Assembly: GCA_003154195.1 (NCBI GenBank)
Contig: PMCS01000008.1
Location: 143,366 to 207,365, forward strand
Length of the DNA stretch: 64,000 nucleotides
From: Candidatus Omnitrophota bacterium
GTDB taxonomy: Bacteria; Omnitrophota; Gorgyraeia; Duberdicusellales; 4484-171
Direction of reading: 5' to 3'
The translations under genes were made by a program, and so were the position numbers. Every line of letters begins with the position of its first letter. Within the stretch, counting starts at the first letter, position 1. The notes below the pieces were generated by a model. The model was not told where the DNA came from, searched no databases, and worked only from the letters and a program-made list of their open reading frames with translations. Positions 40,521-49,571 of this stretch are shown piece after piece.

Positions 40521-41048
40521 TTATTTCCAAAAAGTATGCCCTTCCAAAAATAAAAAACTCAACGCACAGATTGTCTTAGCATCGATAATTTCCCCGCTTC
40601 GCAACATCTGTGCTATATCTTCGCGGTCGAAAATCTCCTCGCTAATTACTTCGTCGGCCATCGCTTTTTTAGTTACTTTCGCCAGCCGCGTCGCTTTATA
40701 AATGATTATCCGCTCGGTGGAATAACCCGGCACCGGCACAATTTCCTGGATTTTTTCTAACTTCCCCGCCTTATAGCCGGTTTCCTCGATAATCTCCCGT
40801 CTGGCGCAATCAACGGGCTTCTCGCCTTTTTCCAAAGTGCCGGCGGGAAATTCCCAGATATACTTATTAATCGCGGCGCGGAACTGGCGGATCAATAAAA
40901 TCCTGCCATCGTCAAAAATCGGGACAATCAAAACCGCGCCGGGGTGCTTGATGATTTCCACCTTAACGTCAAAACCGTTAGGCAGGGTCATTTCCTTGAC
41001 AAATACCTTAAGTAATTTACCGTTATAGACTTGTTTTTCTTTTTTCAT
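40521..41048 (-). CDS. NUDIX hydrolase (ADP-ribose pyrophosphatase-like)
   Basis: HPGAV, EFPAG..E..CARREIIEETG, DAKT. Confidence 0.92.
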   Translation of the reverse strand: MKKEKQVYNGKLLKVFVKEMTLPNGFDVKVEIIKHPGAVLIVPIFDDGRILLIRQFRAAINKYIWEFPAGTLEKGEKPVDCARREIIEETGYKAGKLEKIQEIVPVPGYSTERIIIYKATRLAKVTKKAMADEVISEEIFDREDIAQMLRSGEIIDAKTICALSFLFLEGHTFWK

Positions 41049-41064
41049 TTGAGCTCCTTACGAT

Positions 41065-41213
41065 ACGCAGATGATCGCCGATTGAAAATCAACAGATGAT
41101 CACAGATAAAACTATTGAATGCCAAAATTTTCCATCTTTGACTCAATCGTATATCTCTCTTCGGTATTTTTATCAACGATCATCAGCATCTTCTAATCAG
41201 TGATCATCTGCGT
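41065..41213 (+). repeat. Family A inverted cassette, copy 4
   Basis: acgcagatgatcgccgattgaaaatcaacagatgatcacagat ... atcaacgatcatcagcatcttctaatcagtgatcatctgcgt; the right end contains the mnmG stop. Confidence 0.9.
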
Positions 41214-43030
41214 TTAATAAAACTATAAATAGCCAGAATCGCCGCTGGGGTGATGCCGCTGATCCTTAACGCCTCGGCTAATGTCCCCGGCTTGAACTTA
41301 GTTAATTTCTCCACCACCTCTTTAGACAACGAAGGCACTTTCGTGAAATCCATCTTAGGTATCTTTATCCGCTCCAGATGTTTCAATTCCGCCTGCCAGA
41401 CTTTTTCCCGGCGCAGAAAAGCTTCATATTTAACTTCTATCTCCGCCTCGATTTTAACCTGCCCATCGGCTTTGCCGAGGGGCGAGCCGCTGATATTTTT
41501 ATCCGCCAGGTCTTTTTCGATATTCTCGAAACTTATATTCGGCCGCTTTAAGATTTCCCGCAGGCTGATTTTTTTGCCTTCGAACGCTACCTTAACCACA
41601 GCCAATTCCGTAAGGGTTTTTTTAATCTCTTCCTGCCTGGCTAAAACTCTTTCATATTCGTTCTTATCGATAAGTTTTAATTTCAACGCTAACGGCGACA
41701 GCCGAAAAATCGCGTTGCTCTCCCGCACGGAAAGCCGGAATTCCGAACGCGAGGTAAACATCCGGTAAGGCTCATCCGTACCCTTCGCCGTTAAATCATC
41801 GATCAACACGCCGATAAACGCCTCTTCCCTTTTCAGCACTAAAGGCTTCTTGCCTTTTACCGCAAGAACAGCGTTAACCCCGGCGATAAAACCCTGGGCC
41901 GCGGCTTCTTCATAACCGGTAGTGCCGTTAACCTGGCCGGCAAAAAATAACCCGCCGACTTTTTTGGCTTCTAAATTCGCGTCAAGCTCTCGCGCGTCAA
42001 TCAGTCCGTGCTCGATGCCGTAACCCGGCCGCAACACCACCGCTTTTTCTAAACCCTCGATAGTATGAATAAAATCGATTTGCGCGTCCAACGGCAGGGA
42101 TGTGGAAATCCCGTTGGGATAGACTTCGTTAGTATCGCGGCCTTCCGGCTCGATAAAAATATGGTGGCCTTCCCGGTCGCCAAAGCGGACGATCTTATCC
42201 TCCAACGAGGGGCAATAACGCACGCCGTGCGCCTTGATTTTTCCCGTGTACAGCGGCGAACGGTTTAGATTCGCTAAAATTATCTTATGGGTCTTTTTAT
42301 TGGTGCGGGTAATATAACAACTTAACTGGTCTGTTAATATCTGCGAATTAGAAAAAGAAAACGGGATGACGTCGGTATCGGGAACCTGCTCCTGCATCTT
42401 TAAAAAATCGATACTGCGCTTATCCAACCGGGCGCAAGTACCGGTTTTAAAATGCTTAGTCGTAATCTTAAGTTTTCTGATGCTCTCAAAAAGTTCATCG
42501 CTCGATTCTTCGCCCAGCCTTCCCCCGCTGAAACTGTTCAACCCGATATGAATCGTACTTTTCAAAAAAGTCCCCGCACAAATGATTGCGGCCCCGGCCT
42601 CAATCATTTGTCCAAAATTTGTCTCGATGCCGACAAATTTCTTATTTTTGACAATAAGACATTTTACTTTGGCCTGGAGAATTGTAAGGTTTTTGGTATT
42701 TTCCAGAAATTCGCGGGCGATTTTCGGGTAAAGATACTTGTCCACCTGCACCCTTGTCGCCCAAACTGCCTTCCCCTTGGAGCGGTTCAAAAAGCGGTAA
42801 GCCACTGCGGCCTTGTCGGTGATCTTACCGATCAACCCGCCCAAGGCATCCACCTCCCGCACCAAATGGCCCTTAGATACGCCGCCTACGGCCGGGTTAC
42901 AAGAAAGCGCACCGATGCGGTCGATGTCGATAGTAAGGAGCAAAGTGGAACAGCCCAGCTTGGCGGAAGCGTGCGCGGCCTCAATCCCCGCATGCCCGGC
43001 GCCGATGACAATCACATCATATTTGGTCAT
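41204..43030 (-). CDS. mnmG: tRNA modification enzyme MnmG (GidA)
   Basis: GAGHAGIEAA, SCNPAVGG, RYCPSLEDK, AGQVNGTTGYEEAAAQG, YRMFTSRSE. Confidence 0.97.
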   Translation of the reverse strand: MTKYDVIVIGAGHAGIEAAHASAKLGCSTLLLTIDIDRIGALSCNPAVGGVSKGHLVREVDALGGLIGKITDKAAVAYRFLNRSKGKAVWATRVQVDKYLYPKIAREFLENTKNLTILQAKVKCLIVKNKKFVGIETNFGQMIEAGAAIICAGTFLKSTIHIGLNSFSGGRLGEESSDELFESIRKLKITTKHFKTGTCARLDKRSIDFLKMQEQVPDTDVIPFSFSNSQILTDQLSCYITRTNKKTHKIILANLNRSPLYTGKIKAHGVRYCPSLEDKIVRFGDREGHHIFIEPEGRDTNEVYPNGISTSLPLDAQIDFIHTIEGLEKAVVLRPGYGIEHGLIDARELDANLEAKKVGGLFFAGQVNGTTGYEEAAAQGFIAGVNAVLAVKGKKPLVLKREEAFIGVLIDDLTAKGTDEPYRMFTSRSEFRLSVRESNAIFRLSPLALKLKLIDKNEYERVLARQEEIKKTLTELAVVKVAFEGKKISLREILKRPNISFENIEKDLADKNISGSPLGKADGQVKIEAEIEVKYEAFLRREKVWQAELKHLERIKIPKMDFTKVPSLSKEVVEKLTKFKPGTLAEALRISGITPAAILAIYSFIKRR

Positions 43031-43085
43031 AATAAAATTTTAACCGCGAAGATAAGGAGATAAATAAAAGACAAAAACAATTTTT

Positions 43086-43225
43086 ACCACAGAGGACACA
43101 GAGCTCACAGAGGATACAAAAATAATTTCCTTTTCAAATATTTTTAATACTGGCCTAGGCCAATAAAAATCTTTTAAAAATTAGCATTTATCGCTTCTCT
43201 CTGTGTTCTCTGTGCGCTCTGTGGT
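43086..43225. repeat. Family C inverted cassette (CACAGAG 9-mer arms)
   Basis: accacagaggacacagagctcacagag ... ctctctgtgttctctgtgcgctctgtggt. Solo arms at 59701-59730, 57670-57696 and 59601-59627. Confidence 0.88.
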
Positions 43226-43428
43226 GAGATTTTTTAGTATTTATCGCTTTAATATTTGCCGTTATTATAGGGCAAAAGGGCCGAAATCACAAGGGATAAA
43301 ATCTTTGTATTCCAATGGTTTTAAAGGTATAATTTAGTTATACCTAGCCCGCTTCATTTCGAAAGACACGATACATAATTATTATCTTTGCGCGCTTTTC
43401 GCCTTTGCGGGAAAAATTTGGAGACGGT

Positions 43429-43725
43429 ATGGCCTTTGTCGAATGGCAAAATCATAGCATAGAATTTATCCCGGTTTTGTCGCACAAAACCCTCTGGATG
43501 GCGACAAAAAATGAGTTGCGGGTCGACGGCCGATTGCTGGCAACATCGGGCGGTTTTGTTTTCCGCAGTAAAGCCGAAGGCGAGTTTGAACACCGTAGCG
43601 AAAATGTTAAAATAGAAGTAAAAAGTCGTACTTACTGGGGAGCGTTTTTCGATATAAATTACGAAATCGTAATTAACGGGAAAACGATAAACAAAGCGAT
43701 CGCAAAATCAAAAATTCGCTGGTAA
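43429..43725 (+). CDS. Hypothetical beta-rich protein
   Basis: GGAG RBS before MAFVEW; open frame; no recognised motif. Confidence 0.6.
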   Translation: MAFVEWQNHSIEFIPVLSHKTLWMATKNELRVDGRLLATSGGFVFRSKAEGEFEHRSENVKIEVKSRTYWGAFFDINYEIVINGKTINKAIAKSKIRW

Positions 43726-43851
43726 AATCAGTCCGGCATTATATTCCATAAAAGAATATCCTGAATCGACTGAACTATCCGCCGCAAAACGAGTAACGCA
43801 TATTTTGTAAGACGGTTTAGCTCGTTGCTAAGCTAAGCTGCGGGAGCGCCT

Positions 43852-44532
43852 ATGAAAAAATCGAGCGCGGCGGTCATCGCGGTTTTATTACCCTGCCTGG
43901 CTTACGCGGCAATTGTCGCGCTGACGGAACAGGCTTCCGGGAACACCGGCACCACGCCGGGCAGAGAAAAACGAGCCGCTCTGGCGATTCGCGATAACGT
44001 AACGCCGTTCCAGAAGTGGGGTTCCCGGAATTTTACCCTGCCCTATCTCAACCGGTACTATGACGCCGCCTGGTATTTCACGCAAAGCGACACAAGAGAC
44101 TGCCGGCAGTTGTTTCTGGCGCGCCTCGACGAAGCTTTGAAACGGTATCCCCAAGTCGACCTCTTTATCCTCGCGCATGATAACCGATTAGTCACGTGGA
44201 TAGAAGGGCTGCCGGCGGAACAACGCGAACGCTTGCGCCTGGTGTATAATACCGGCTGCTATGACTTAAAGCAGGGCCCGTTGTGGTTAAGCCTGGGCGC
44301 CAAAGCTTACGTTGGGCATCCCGGGTACAGCGTTTCACCTGTTTTTTACTTCTATTTCCTGCGCCGGTGGACTCGCGGGATAAAGCTGGCTGACGCGATA
44401 GAGGAATCAAACGCCTTGATGCGGTTGATTATTACCCGGGCACAACTCTTCTCCTTCGGAAAATTGAAGATGGACAAAAAAATTCAAGAATCGGAGGCCT
44501 TTTGTTATGGCGACCGCGAACTACACCTCTAA
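43852..44532 (+). CDS. Hypothetical exported protein
   Basis: Signal-like N-terminus; LAHD..YNTGCY pattern reminiscent of a His/Cys peptidase-like fold (speculative). Confidence 0.65.
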   Translation: MKKSSAAVIAVLLPCLAYAAIVALTEQASGNTGTTPGREKRAALAIRDNVTPFQKWGSRNFTLPYLNRYYDAAWYFTQSDTRDCRQLFLARLDEALKRYPQVDLFILAHDNRLVTWIEGLPAEQRERLRLVYNTGCYDLKQGPLWLSLGAKAYVGHPGYSVSPVFYFYFLRRWTRGIKLADAIEESNALMRLIITRAQLFSFGKLKMDKKIQESEAFCYGDRELHL

Positions 44533-44872
44533 AACCACCGGCGGCAGGCAGAAGGACCGCCGATACCTGGTGATTCCCGCACTGGCCCTTTTATTTCAAC
44601 TAACGCCGGCGGTTATCATCGGGATAATCGCGAAATCGGCCTACGGGCAACCGCAATGGTTACCGGAAACGTGGGAACGGCCGATATCTCTTCTGGTGCT
44701 GGGGTATTCCGCCGCAATCAGCTGGCTGTTGGGAAGCATCGGCGCGTATAGACTCCTGGCCCACTGCCGTCCCCGGATTGCGCTATTGCTGATTATTGTT
44801 TGCTGCGTACCGGCGTTGCTCGCCGGAGCTGTTTACCTGCGCGCGTTACTTGTATTCCTGACGCTGGCGTAG
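44507..44872 (+). CDS. Hypothetical membrane protein (3 TM)
   Basis: Three hydrophobic segments; overlaps the previous stop. Confidence 0.55.
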   Translation: MATANYTSKTTGGRQKDRRYLVIPALALLFQLTPAVIIGIIAKSAYGQPQWLPETWERPISLLVLGYSAAISWLLGSIGAYRLLAHCRPRIALLLIIVCCVPALLAGAVYLRALLVFLTLA

Positions 44873-44966
44873 TATTTTGCCAAAACCGGGAATACGCAGG
44901 GATATGAATGTTTTTAAACACTCATACAATTTTCATAATCTAAATGTTTATGATATAATCACAACA

Positions 44967-45464
44967 ATGGAAAACAAATATAAAAAATTATTTATAAAGA
45001 TTCAAATTCTTTTAATCTCGGCGGCGCTGGCGATACCCTCGTTAAGCTTTGCCGATAATCTCCGGACCTTTCTGGTCGGGCAAATTGCCGTAGAAAAAAC
45101 AACGAGGCAAGGCGGCGCAAATGAATTTTCCGGATTGGTAGGATCATTACGTTTCGATATCGAAGGAAAAGCGGTTTATATCGCGGAATTCTTTAAGCTA
45201 AATAAAAACATAACCGTAATCAACGGCATTTTTAAAATAACTAAATTAGAGCAATCCGCCGATATTATTGCTTTTGAATGTATTGACCAAAGTTTCCTGA
45301 CCAAGGGTGCGGAATGGACGGGAAAAATCTGGCTCGCGGGCACCGATGATGTAAAAATTGAAATGAACCAAAAACAATCTTCGCGCCAGTGGGTTAACTT
45401 AGGGGGGCGAGGAAAAAAGTTCCTTGAAGAAAACGGATTAAAACATTTATTTTTGGGAATCTAA
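44967..45464 (+). CDS. Hypothetical exported protein
   Basis: MENKYKK..LISAALAIPSLSFA signal peptide. Confidence 0.65.
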   Translation: MENKYKKLFIKIQILLISAALAIPSLSFADNLRTFLVGQIAVEKTTRQGGANEFSGLVGSLRFDIEGKAVYIAEFFKLNKNITVINGIFKITKLEQSADIIAFECIDQSFLTKGAEWTGKIWLAGTDDVKIEMNQKQSSRQWVNLGGRGKKFLEENGLKHLFLGI

Positions 45465-45502
45465 TTCGGCAGAGCCGGAACCAAAACCGAGTTTCAATTA
45501 TA

Positions 45503-45596
45503 CCGAATTAGATTAATGAAAACCTACAATTTTTCCGCCAAGGCGAGACTTCGCCAAAAGTTTCCAACTTTTGGCGAGCAAACTTTCCCTCATATA
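45503..45596 (+). mobile_element. Family K element with internal hairpin
   Basis: ccgaattagattaatgaaaacctacaatttttccgccaaggcgagacttcgccaaaagtttccaacttttggcgagcaaactttccc. Confidence 0.72.
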
Positions 45597-45710
45597 AAAA
45601 CTAGTGCACTGTCAAATTAATTTTTACTGGTATCACTTCAGGAAAAATTAATTTCTACATGCACTTGTACCGCGTACCACTATTAACAATTAAGCTGACG
45701 CGGTACGAGG

Positions 45711-46457
45711 CTACTTCTTCGCGGTCTGTTTCGCTACCGCTTCAACCGCCTTCTTCAAAACCTCCGGATCACCCAGATAATAATGCTTAAGCGGTTTCAG
45801 ATTTTCATCGAGTTCATACACCAGAGGTATCCCCGTAGGTATATTAAGCTTAACGATTTCCTCTTCGCTCATATTATCGAGATACTTGACCAACGCGCGC
45901 AAACTGTTGCCGTGCGCGGCAATCAAAACGCGCTTACCGCCCTTGATAGACAGCGCGATTGTTTCATGCCAGTAAGGAAGGAATCTCGCCACGGTATCCT
46001 TCAAAGATTCGGCCAAGGGAATTTCTTCTTTTTTTAAACTTTTATAACGCGGGTCAAAAGCGGGCGAACGCTGGTCGCCGGTTTTTAGCGCCGGCGGCGG
46101 GACATCGTAGCTCCGGCGCCATTGTAACACCTGAGCCTCGCCGTACTTTTCCACCATTTCCATCTTATTAAGCCCCTGTAAACTGCCGTAATGGCGCTCA
46201 TTCAGGCGCCAGCTGTTGATAACGGGTATCCACATCAAATCCATATCTTCTAAAGTAAGCCAGAGGGTTTTAATCGCGCGCCTTAAAACCGAGGTATAAG
46301 CGATATCGAAAACAAATTTTTCTTTTTTTAAATCTTTGGCGGCACGGCGCGCCTCTTCAACTCCCTTAGGCGATAAATCGACGTCGGTCCAGCCGGTAAA
46401 ACGGTTTTCCAGATTCCACTGGCTCTCGCCGTGACGAAGTAAAACTAATTTATACAT
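45711..46457 (-). CDS. gpmA: 2,3-BPG-dependent phosphoglycerate mutase
   Basis: [23 protein letters not shown]. Confidence 0.97.
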   Translation of the reverse strand: MYKLVLLRHGESQWNLENRFTGWTDVDLSPKGVEEARRAAKDLKKEKFVFDIAYTSVLRRAIKTLWLTLEDMDLMWIPVINSWRLNERHYGSLQGLNKMEMVEKYGEAQVLQWRRSYDVPPPALKTGDQRSPAFDPRYKSLKKEEIPLAESLKDTVARFLPYWHETIALSIKGGKRVLIAAHGNSLRALVKYLDNMSEEEIVKLNIPTGIPLVYELDENLKPLKHYYLGDPEVLKKAVEAVAKQTAKK

Positions 46458-46565
46458 GCTTCCTCCTCTCCTTGACTAAATTAATATCTCGAGAAACTTA
46501 AAAAAATAGACAGGATTAACAGATTCTACTCTGCCAATCCTGTCGGATTTTTATAATTTAGGATT

Positions 46566-46730
46566 AACCTGGAAAGTGTAGTTGGAGCGAGCAAAGAACC
46601 GTAAGATTTTGCAGCGAAAGGATTGACAAAAAACGTAGGCATACTCAAGGAGTATGTCGAGGCTTTTTGGCATTCCTTGCAGCGCAAAAGATTACGGCTA
46701 TTTGCCGCGAGCAACTGCATTTTTCAGGTT
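46566..46730. mobile_element. 165-bp long hairpin (MITE-like)
   Basis: aacctggaaagtgtagttg/caactgcatttttcaggtt, ccgtaa..ttacgg, central ggcatactc/gagtatgtc. Confidence 0.75.
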
Positions 46731-49023
46731 AGCACTTCGAATAACCACAGGCATCGCAGATAAGACAGCCTTCCTGATGCCGGAGGGCGAAACCGCACTC
46801 GGCGCAGACACCCACGATCGCGATAAGGTCGTTGTTAATACTTTTAGCAACCGATACCGTTTCTTCTCCCGGCTGTTCCACCATAGCCTCGACGCTAACC
46901 TCTTCTTTCTGGTCGATGGCGCGTTTTTCCAGAACCCGGGCAATAGCGTCGGCGCAGGAAAATATCTTTTTACCGCTGGTCCAGGAAGGAGACGGACACC
47001 TTATCCCTTTAAGCTGTTCGATAACGACTTTCATGTCGATACCGCCGCGCAGCGCCAGGGAAATCAACCGGCCGATTGCTTCCAGCTGGCTGGCGGCGCA
47101 TCCGCCGGCTTTGCCCATCTGGGTGAAAACTTCGAAAAACTCTCCGTCCTGGCCATGGTTGATCGTCACGTAAAGATTGCCGCAACCGGTAGTAACCTTT
47201 GTGGTGGTCCCCAAAATCACTTCCGGCCGCGGCCTCGGAAAAGCGATAGAATAAACCTGTTTATTATCCGCTTTAATTTCTTTCTTATCTTCTTTTTTCT
47301 TGTCGACCGTCAAGACCTGGACGCTGCGGCTGCCGTCACGGTAAACCGTAATCCCCTTACACCCTAATTTATAGGAAAGCAGGTAGGTCTCCTTTACGTC
47401 TTCAACCGTAGCACAATTGGGAAGATTTATTGTTTTAGAAACGGCATTATCGGTATACTCCTGAAAAGCCGCCTGGTGTTTGATATGCCAGAAAGAACTT
47501 ATTTCCATCGCCGTTTTGAAAACTTTCTTGATTTTTTCGGGGATTTCCTTCATTGTCTGGATACTCTCACCCGAGGCGATTCTTTTCATTATCTCCGGCG
47601 TATAACAACCTTCTTTTTTCATCACATATTCAAAGGCGGGGTCGACTTCCAGAAGCTTTTCGCCGTCAAGAACATTACGGAAATAACATAAAGAAAAATT
47701 CGGCTCGATGCCGCTTGATGTCGGACCGGCGATAATACTGATCGTGCCGGTAGGCGCTACCGTAGTAAGGGTGGCGTTTCTTATTTTGATATTACGCGCT
47801 TCCCAAATACTCCCTTTCCATGACGGAAATAGCCCTCTCTCCTTAGCCAGCGCTACCGACTCCTCTTTTGCCGAACTGTAGATGAAAGACATTATCTTTT
47901 TACCTAAAACAATCGATTCATCGCCGTCATAAGGAATACCCATAAATCCCAGCATGGTTGCCCAGCCCATAATTCCCAAACCGATTTTGCGTGTCCTTAA
48001 AGTGTTTTCCTTTATTTCCTCGAGCGGAAATTTATTAGTATCGATAACGTTATCTAAAAATCGGACGGCAACCCTGGTAACCCGATCCAGCTTATCCCAG
48101 TCAACACTAAAGGCGCCGGCGGCCTCTTGGATACAGCGCGTTAAATTGACGGAACCGAGATTACAGGATTCAAAAGGAAGCAACGGCTGTTCGCCGCAAG
48201 GATTGGTGCTTTCGATATTACCTAAATGAGGCGTGGGATTAGCTTCATTGATCCGGTCGATAAAAACGATTCCCGGTTCGCCGTTACGATGGGCGTACAG
48301 GGCGATTAAATCAAAAACTTCGCGGGCATTTTGCCGGCAAATGATTTCTTTAGTCCGCGGGTCGATAAGGTCATATTCCCCGCCTTTTAAAACTTGTTCC
48401 ATGAATTCATTAGTGATGGCGATGGAAATATTAAAATTGGAGATATCGCCTTCGGTCTCTTTGCATTTGATAAATTCTAAAACATCGGGATGGTCGACGC
48501 GCAGGATTCCCATATTGGCGCCGCGGCGCGTTCCACCTTGTTTTACCGCCTGGGTGGCCGCGTCGAAAACTTTCATGAAAGAAACCGGGCCGCTGGCGAC
48601 GCCGCCGGTCGATTTAACCACGCTGTTTTTGGAACGCAGCCGCGAGAAACTGAAACCCGTTCCGCCGCCGGTCTTATGGATAAGCGCGGTGGCCTTTATC
48701 GCGTCGAAAATCGATTCCATGGAATCTTCTATTGGGACCACGAAGCAGGCGGAAAGCTGGCCTAAATCTTTGCCCGCATTCATCAGTGTCGGCGAGTTGG
48801 GCACAAATTCAAGGTTGGCCATCGTTTCGAAAAATTGCTTTTTTATTTCTTCGACTTTATCTTTCTTGGCGCCGTAGCGTCTTTCGGTAAGGGCGATGGC
48901 TTCAGCGACGCGTTCGAGCATTTCACGCGGCGTTTCCTGAGGCTGGCCGTTTTCGTCTTTAGAAAGATAACGTTTTTTCAAAACAATGAGAGCGTTGGAA
49001 GAAAAGTTTAAATTATCATCCAT
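46729..49023 (-). CDS. nrdJ: Class II (B12-dependent) ribonucleotide reductase with C-terminal TSCPD/zinc-ribbon domain
   Basis: PNSPTLMN, LSACFV, TNPCGEQPL, APTGTIS, KGITVYRDGSR, C-terminal CxxC...CxxC. Confidence 0.95.
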   Translation of the reverse strand: MDDNLNFSSNALIVLKKRYLSKDENGQPQETPREMLERVAEAIALTERRYGAKKDKVEEIKKQFFETMANLEFVPNSPTLMNAGKDLGQLSACFVVPIEDSMESIFDAIKATALIHKTGGGTGFSFSRLRSKNSVVKSTGGVASGPVSFMKVFDAATQAVKQGGTRRGANMGILRVDHPDVLEFIKCKETEGDISNFNISIAITNEFMEQVLKGGEYDLIDPRTKEIICRQNAREVFDLIALYAHRNGEPGIVFIDRINEANPTPHLGNIESTNPCGEQPLLPFESCNLGSVNLTRCIQEAAGAFSVDWDKLDRVTRVAVRFLDNVIDTNKFPLEEIKENTLRTRKIGLGIMGWATMLGFMGIPYDGDESIVLGKKIMSFIYSSAKEESVALAKERGLFPSWKGSIWEARNIKIRNATLTTVAPTGTISIIAGPTSSGIEPNFSLCYFRNVLDGEKLLEVDPAFEYVMKKEGCYTPEIMKRIASGESIQTMKEIPEKIKKVFKTAMEISSFWHIKHQAAFQEYTDNAVSKTINLPNCATVEDVKETYLLSYKLGCKGITVYRDGSRSVQVLTVDKKKEDKKEIKADNKQVYSIAFPRPRPEVILGTTTKVTTGCGNLYVTINHGQDGEFFEVFTQMGKAGGCAASQLEAIGRLISLALRGGIDMKVVIEQLKGIRCPSPSWTSGKKIFSCADAIARVLEKRAIDQKEEVSVEAMVEQPGEETVSVAKSINNDLIAIVGVCAECGFALRHQEGCLICDACGYSKC

Positions 49024-49113
49024 GACAAACTCCTCTTAATTTTTTCGCAAACAAATTGTTTCGCAATCCTTGCGAAACAATTTGGCGGTAAAAAACAAAT
49101 ATCAATAGTTTAT

Positions 49114-49194
49114 TTTATATCACAGGGCACGGCGGGTGTCAAGAAAAATACTACATATTGTATCCACAGCTTATCCACTCACAATATATTGATA
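49114..49194 (-). promoter_or_regulatory. sigma70 promoter of nrdJ with tandem NrdR boxes and DnaA-box-like sites
   Basis: TTGACA (49142-49137), 17-bp spacer, TGnTATAAA. NrdR-like atactacatattgtat (49148) and tcacaatatattgata (49179), 31 bp apart. gtatccaca and ttatccact lie between them. Confidence 0.75.
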
Positions 49195-49254
49195 ATTAAA
49201 GGATTATGCTCCCCTTTAAATTTAAGTAAGTTTTTTGCTGAAAATATTTTTGAT

Positions 49255-49480
49255 TAATGAGACTTCGCCGTAATGAAACTTGCCCGGTATGCCGGGCTTA
49301 GTTGAATTATCAAGTCCGAAGTCCGTCAATTCGTTTAACGAATTGACGAGACCTCGCCATCTATGGGATGGCGGGGGCGCAGGATGAGGCGGTAGTCGAA
49401 CAATAAAACTTGCCCCGTACTCGGGGCTTAGTTTTATTGCCCAGCACTAATTTTGCTGTGGCAAAATTAGTGCTGGGCAG
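49255..49480. mobile_element. Nested cluster of family J/K hairpin elements
   Basis: Outer taatgagactt...ggtagtcgaa; inner taatgaaactt..tagttgaatta; then caataaaactt..tagttttattg; then a 19-bp stem tgcccagcactaattttgc/gcaaaattagtgctgggca. Confidence 0.72.
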
Positions 49481-49571
49481 CGTAAACCACGACATCGGTT
49501 GATGGTACTTCATGGAGTAGGATTTTAAAAAAATCGTCAAACGTACCTGAGGTTTACGCGGCCGGGCTTGG

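Noticed and set aside
17099-41213. Family A/B repeats with unique spacers as a CRISPR array
   Set aside because: The arms are inverted, dispersed singly and degenerate. There is no direct-repeat array and no cas gene.
46654-48877. Long plus-strand ORFs opposite nrdJ (and similar ones opposite ptsI, yvcK and mnmG)
   Set aside because: They are antisense frames of conserved genes with no independent motifs.
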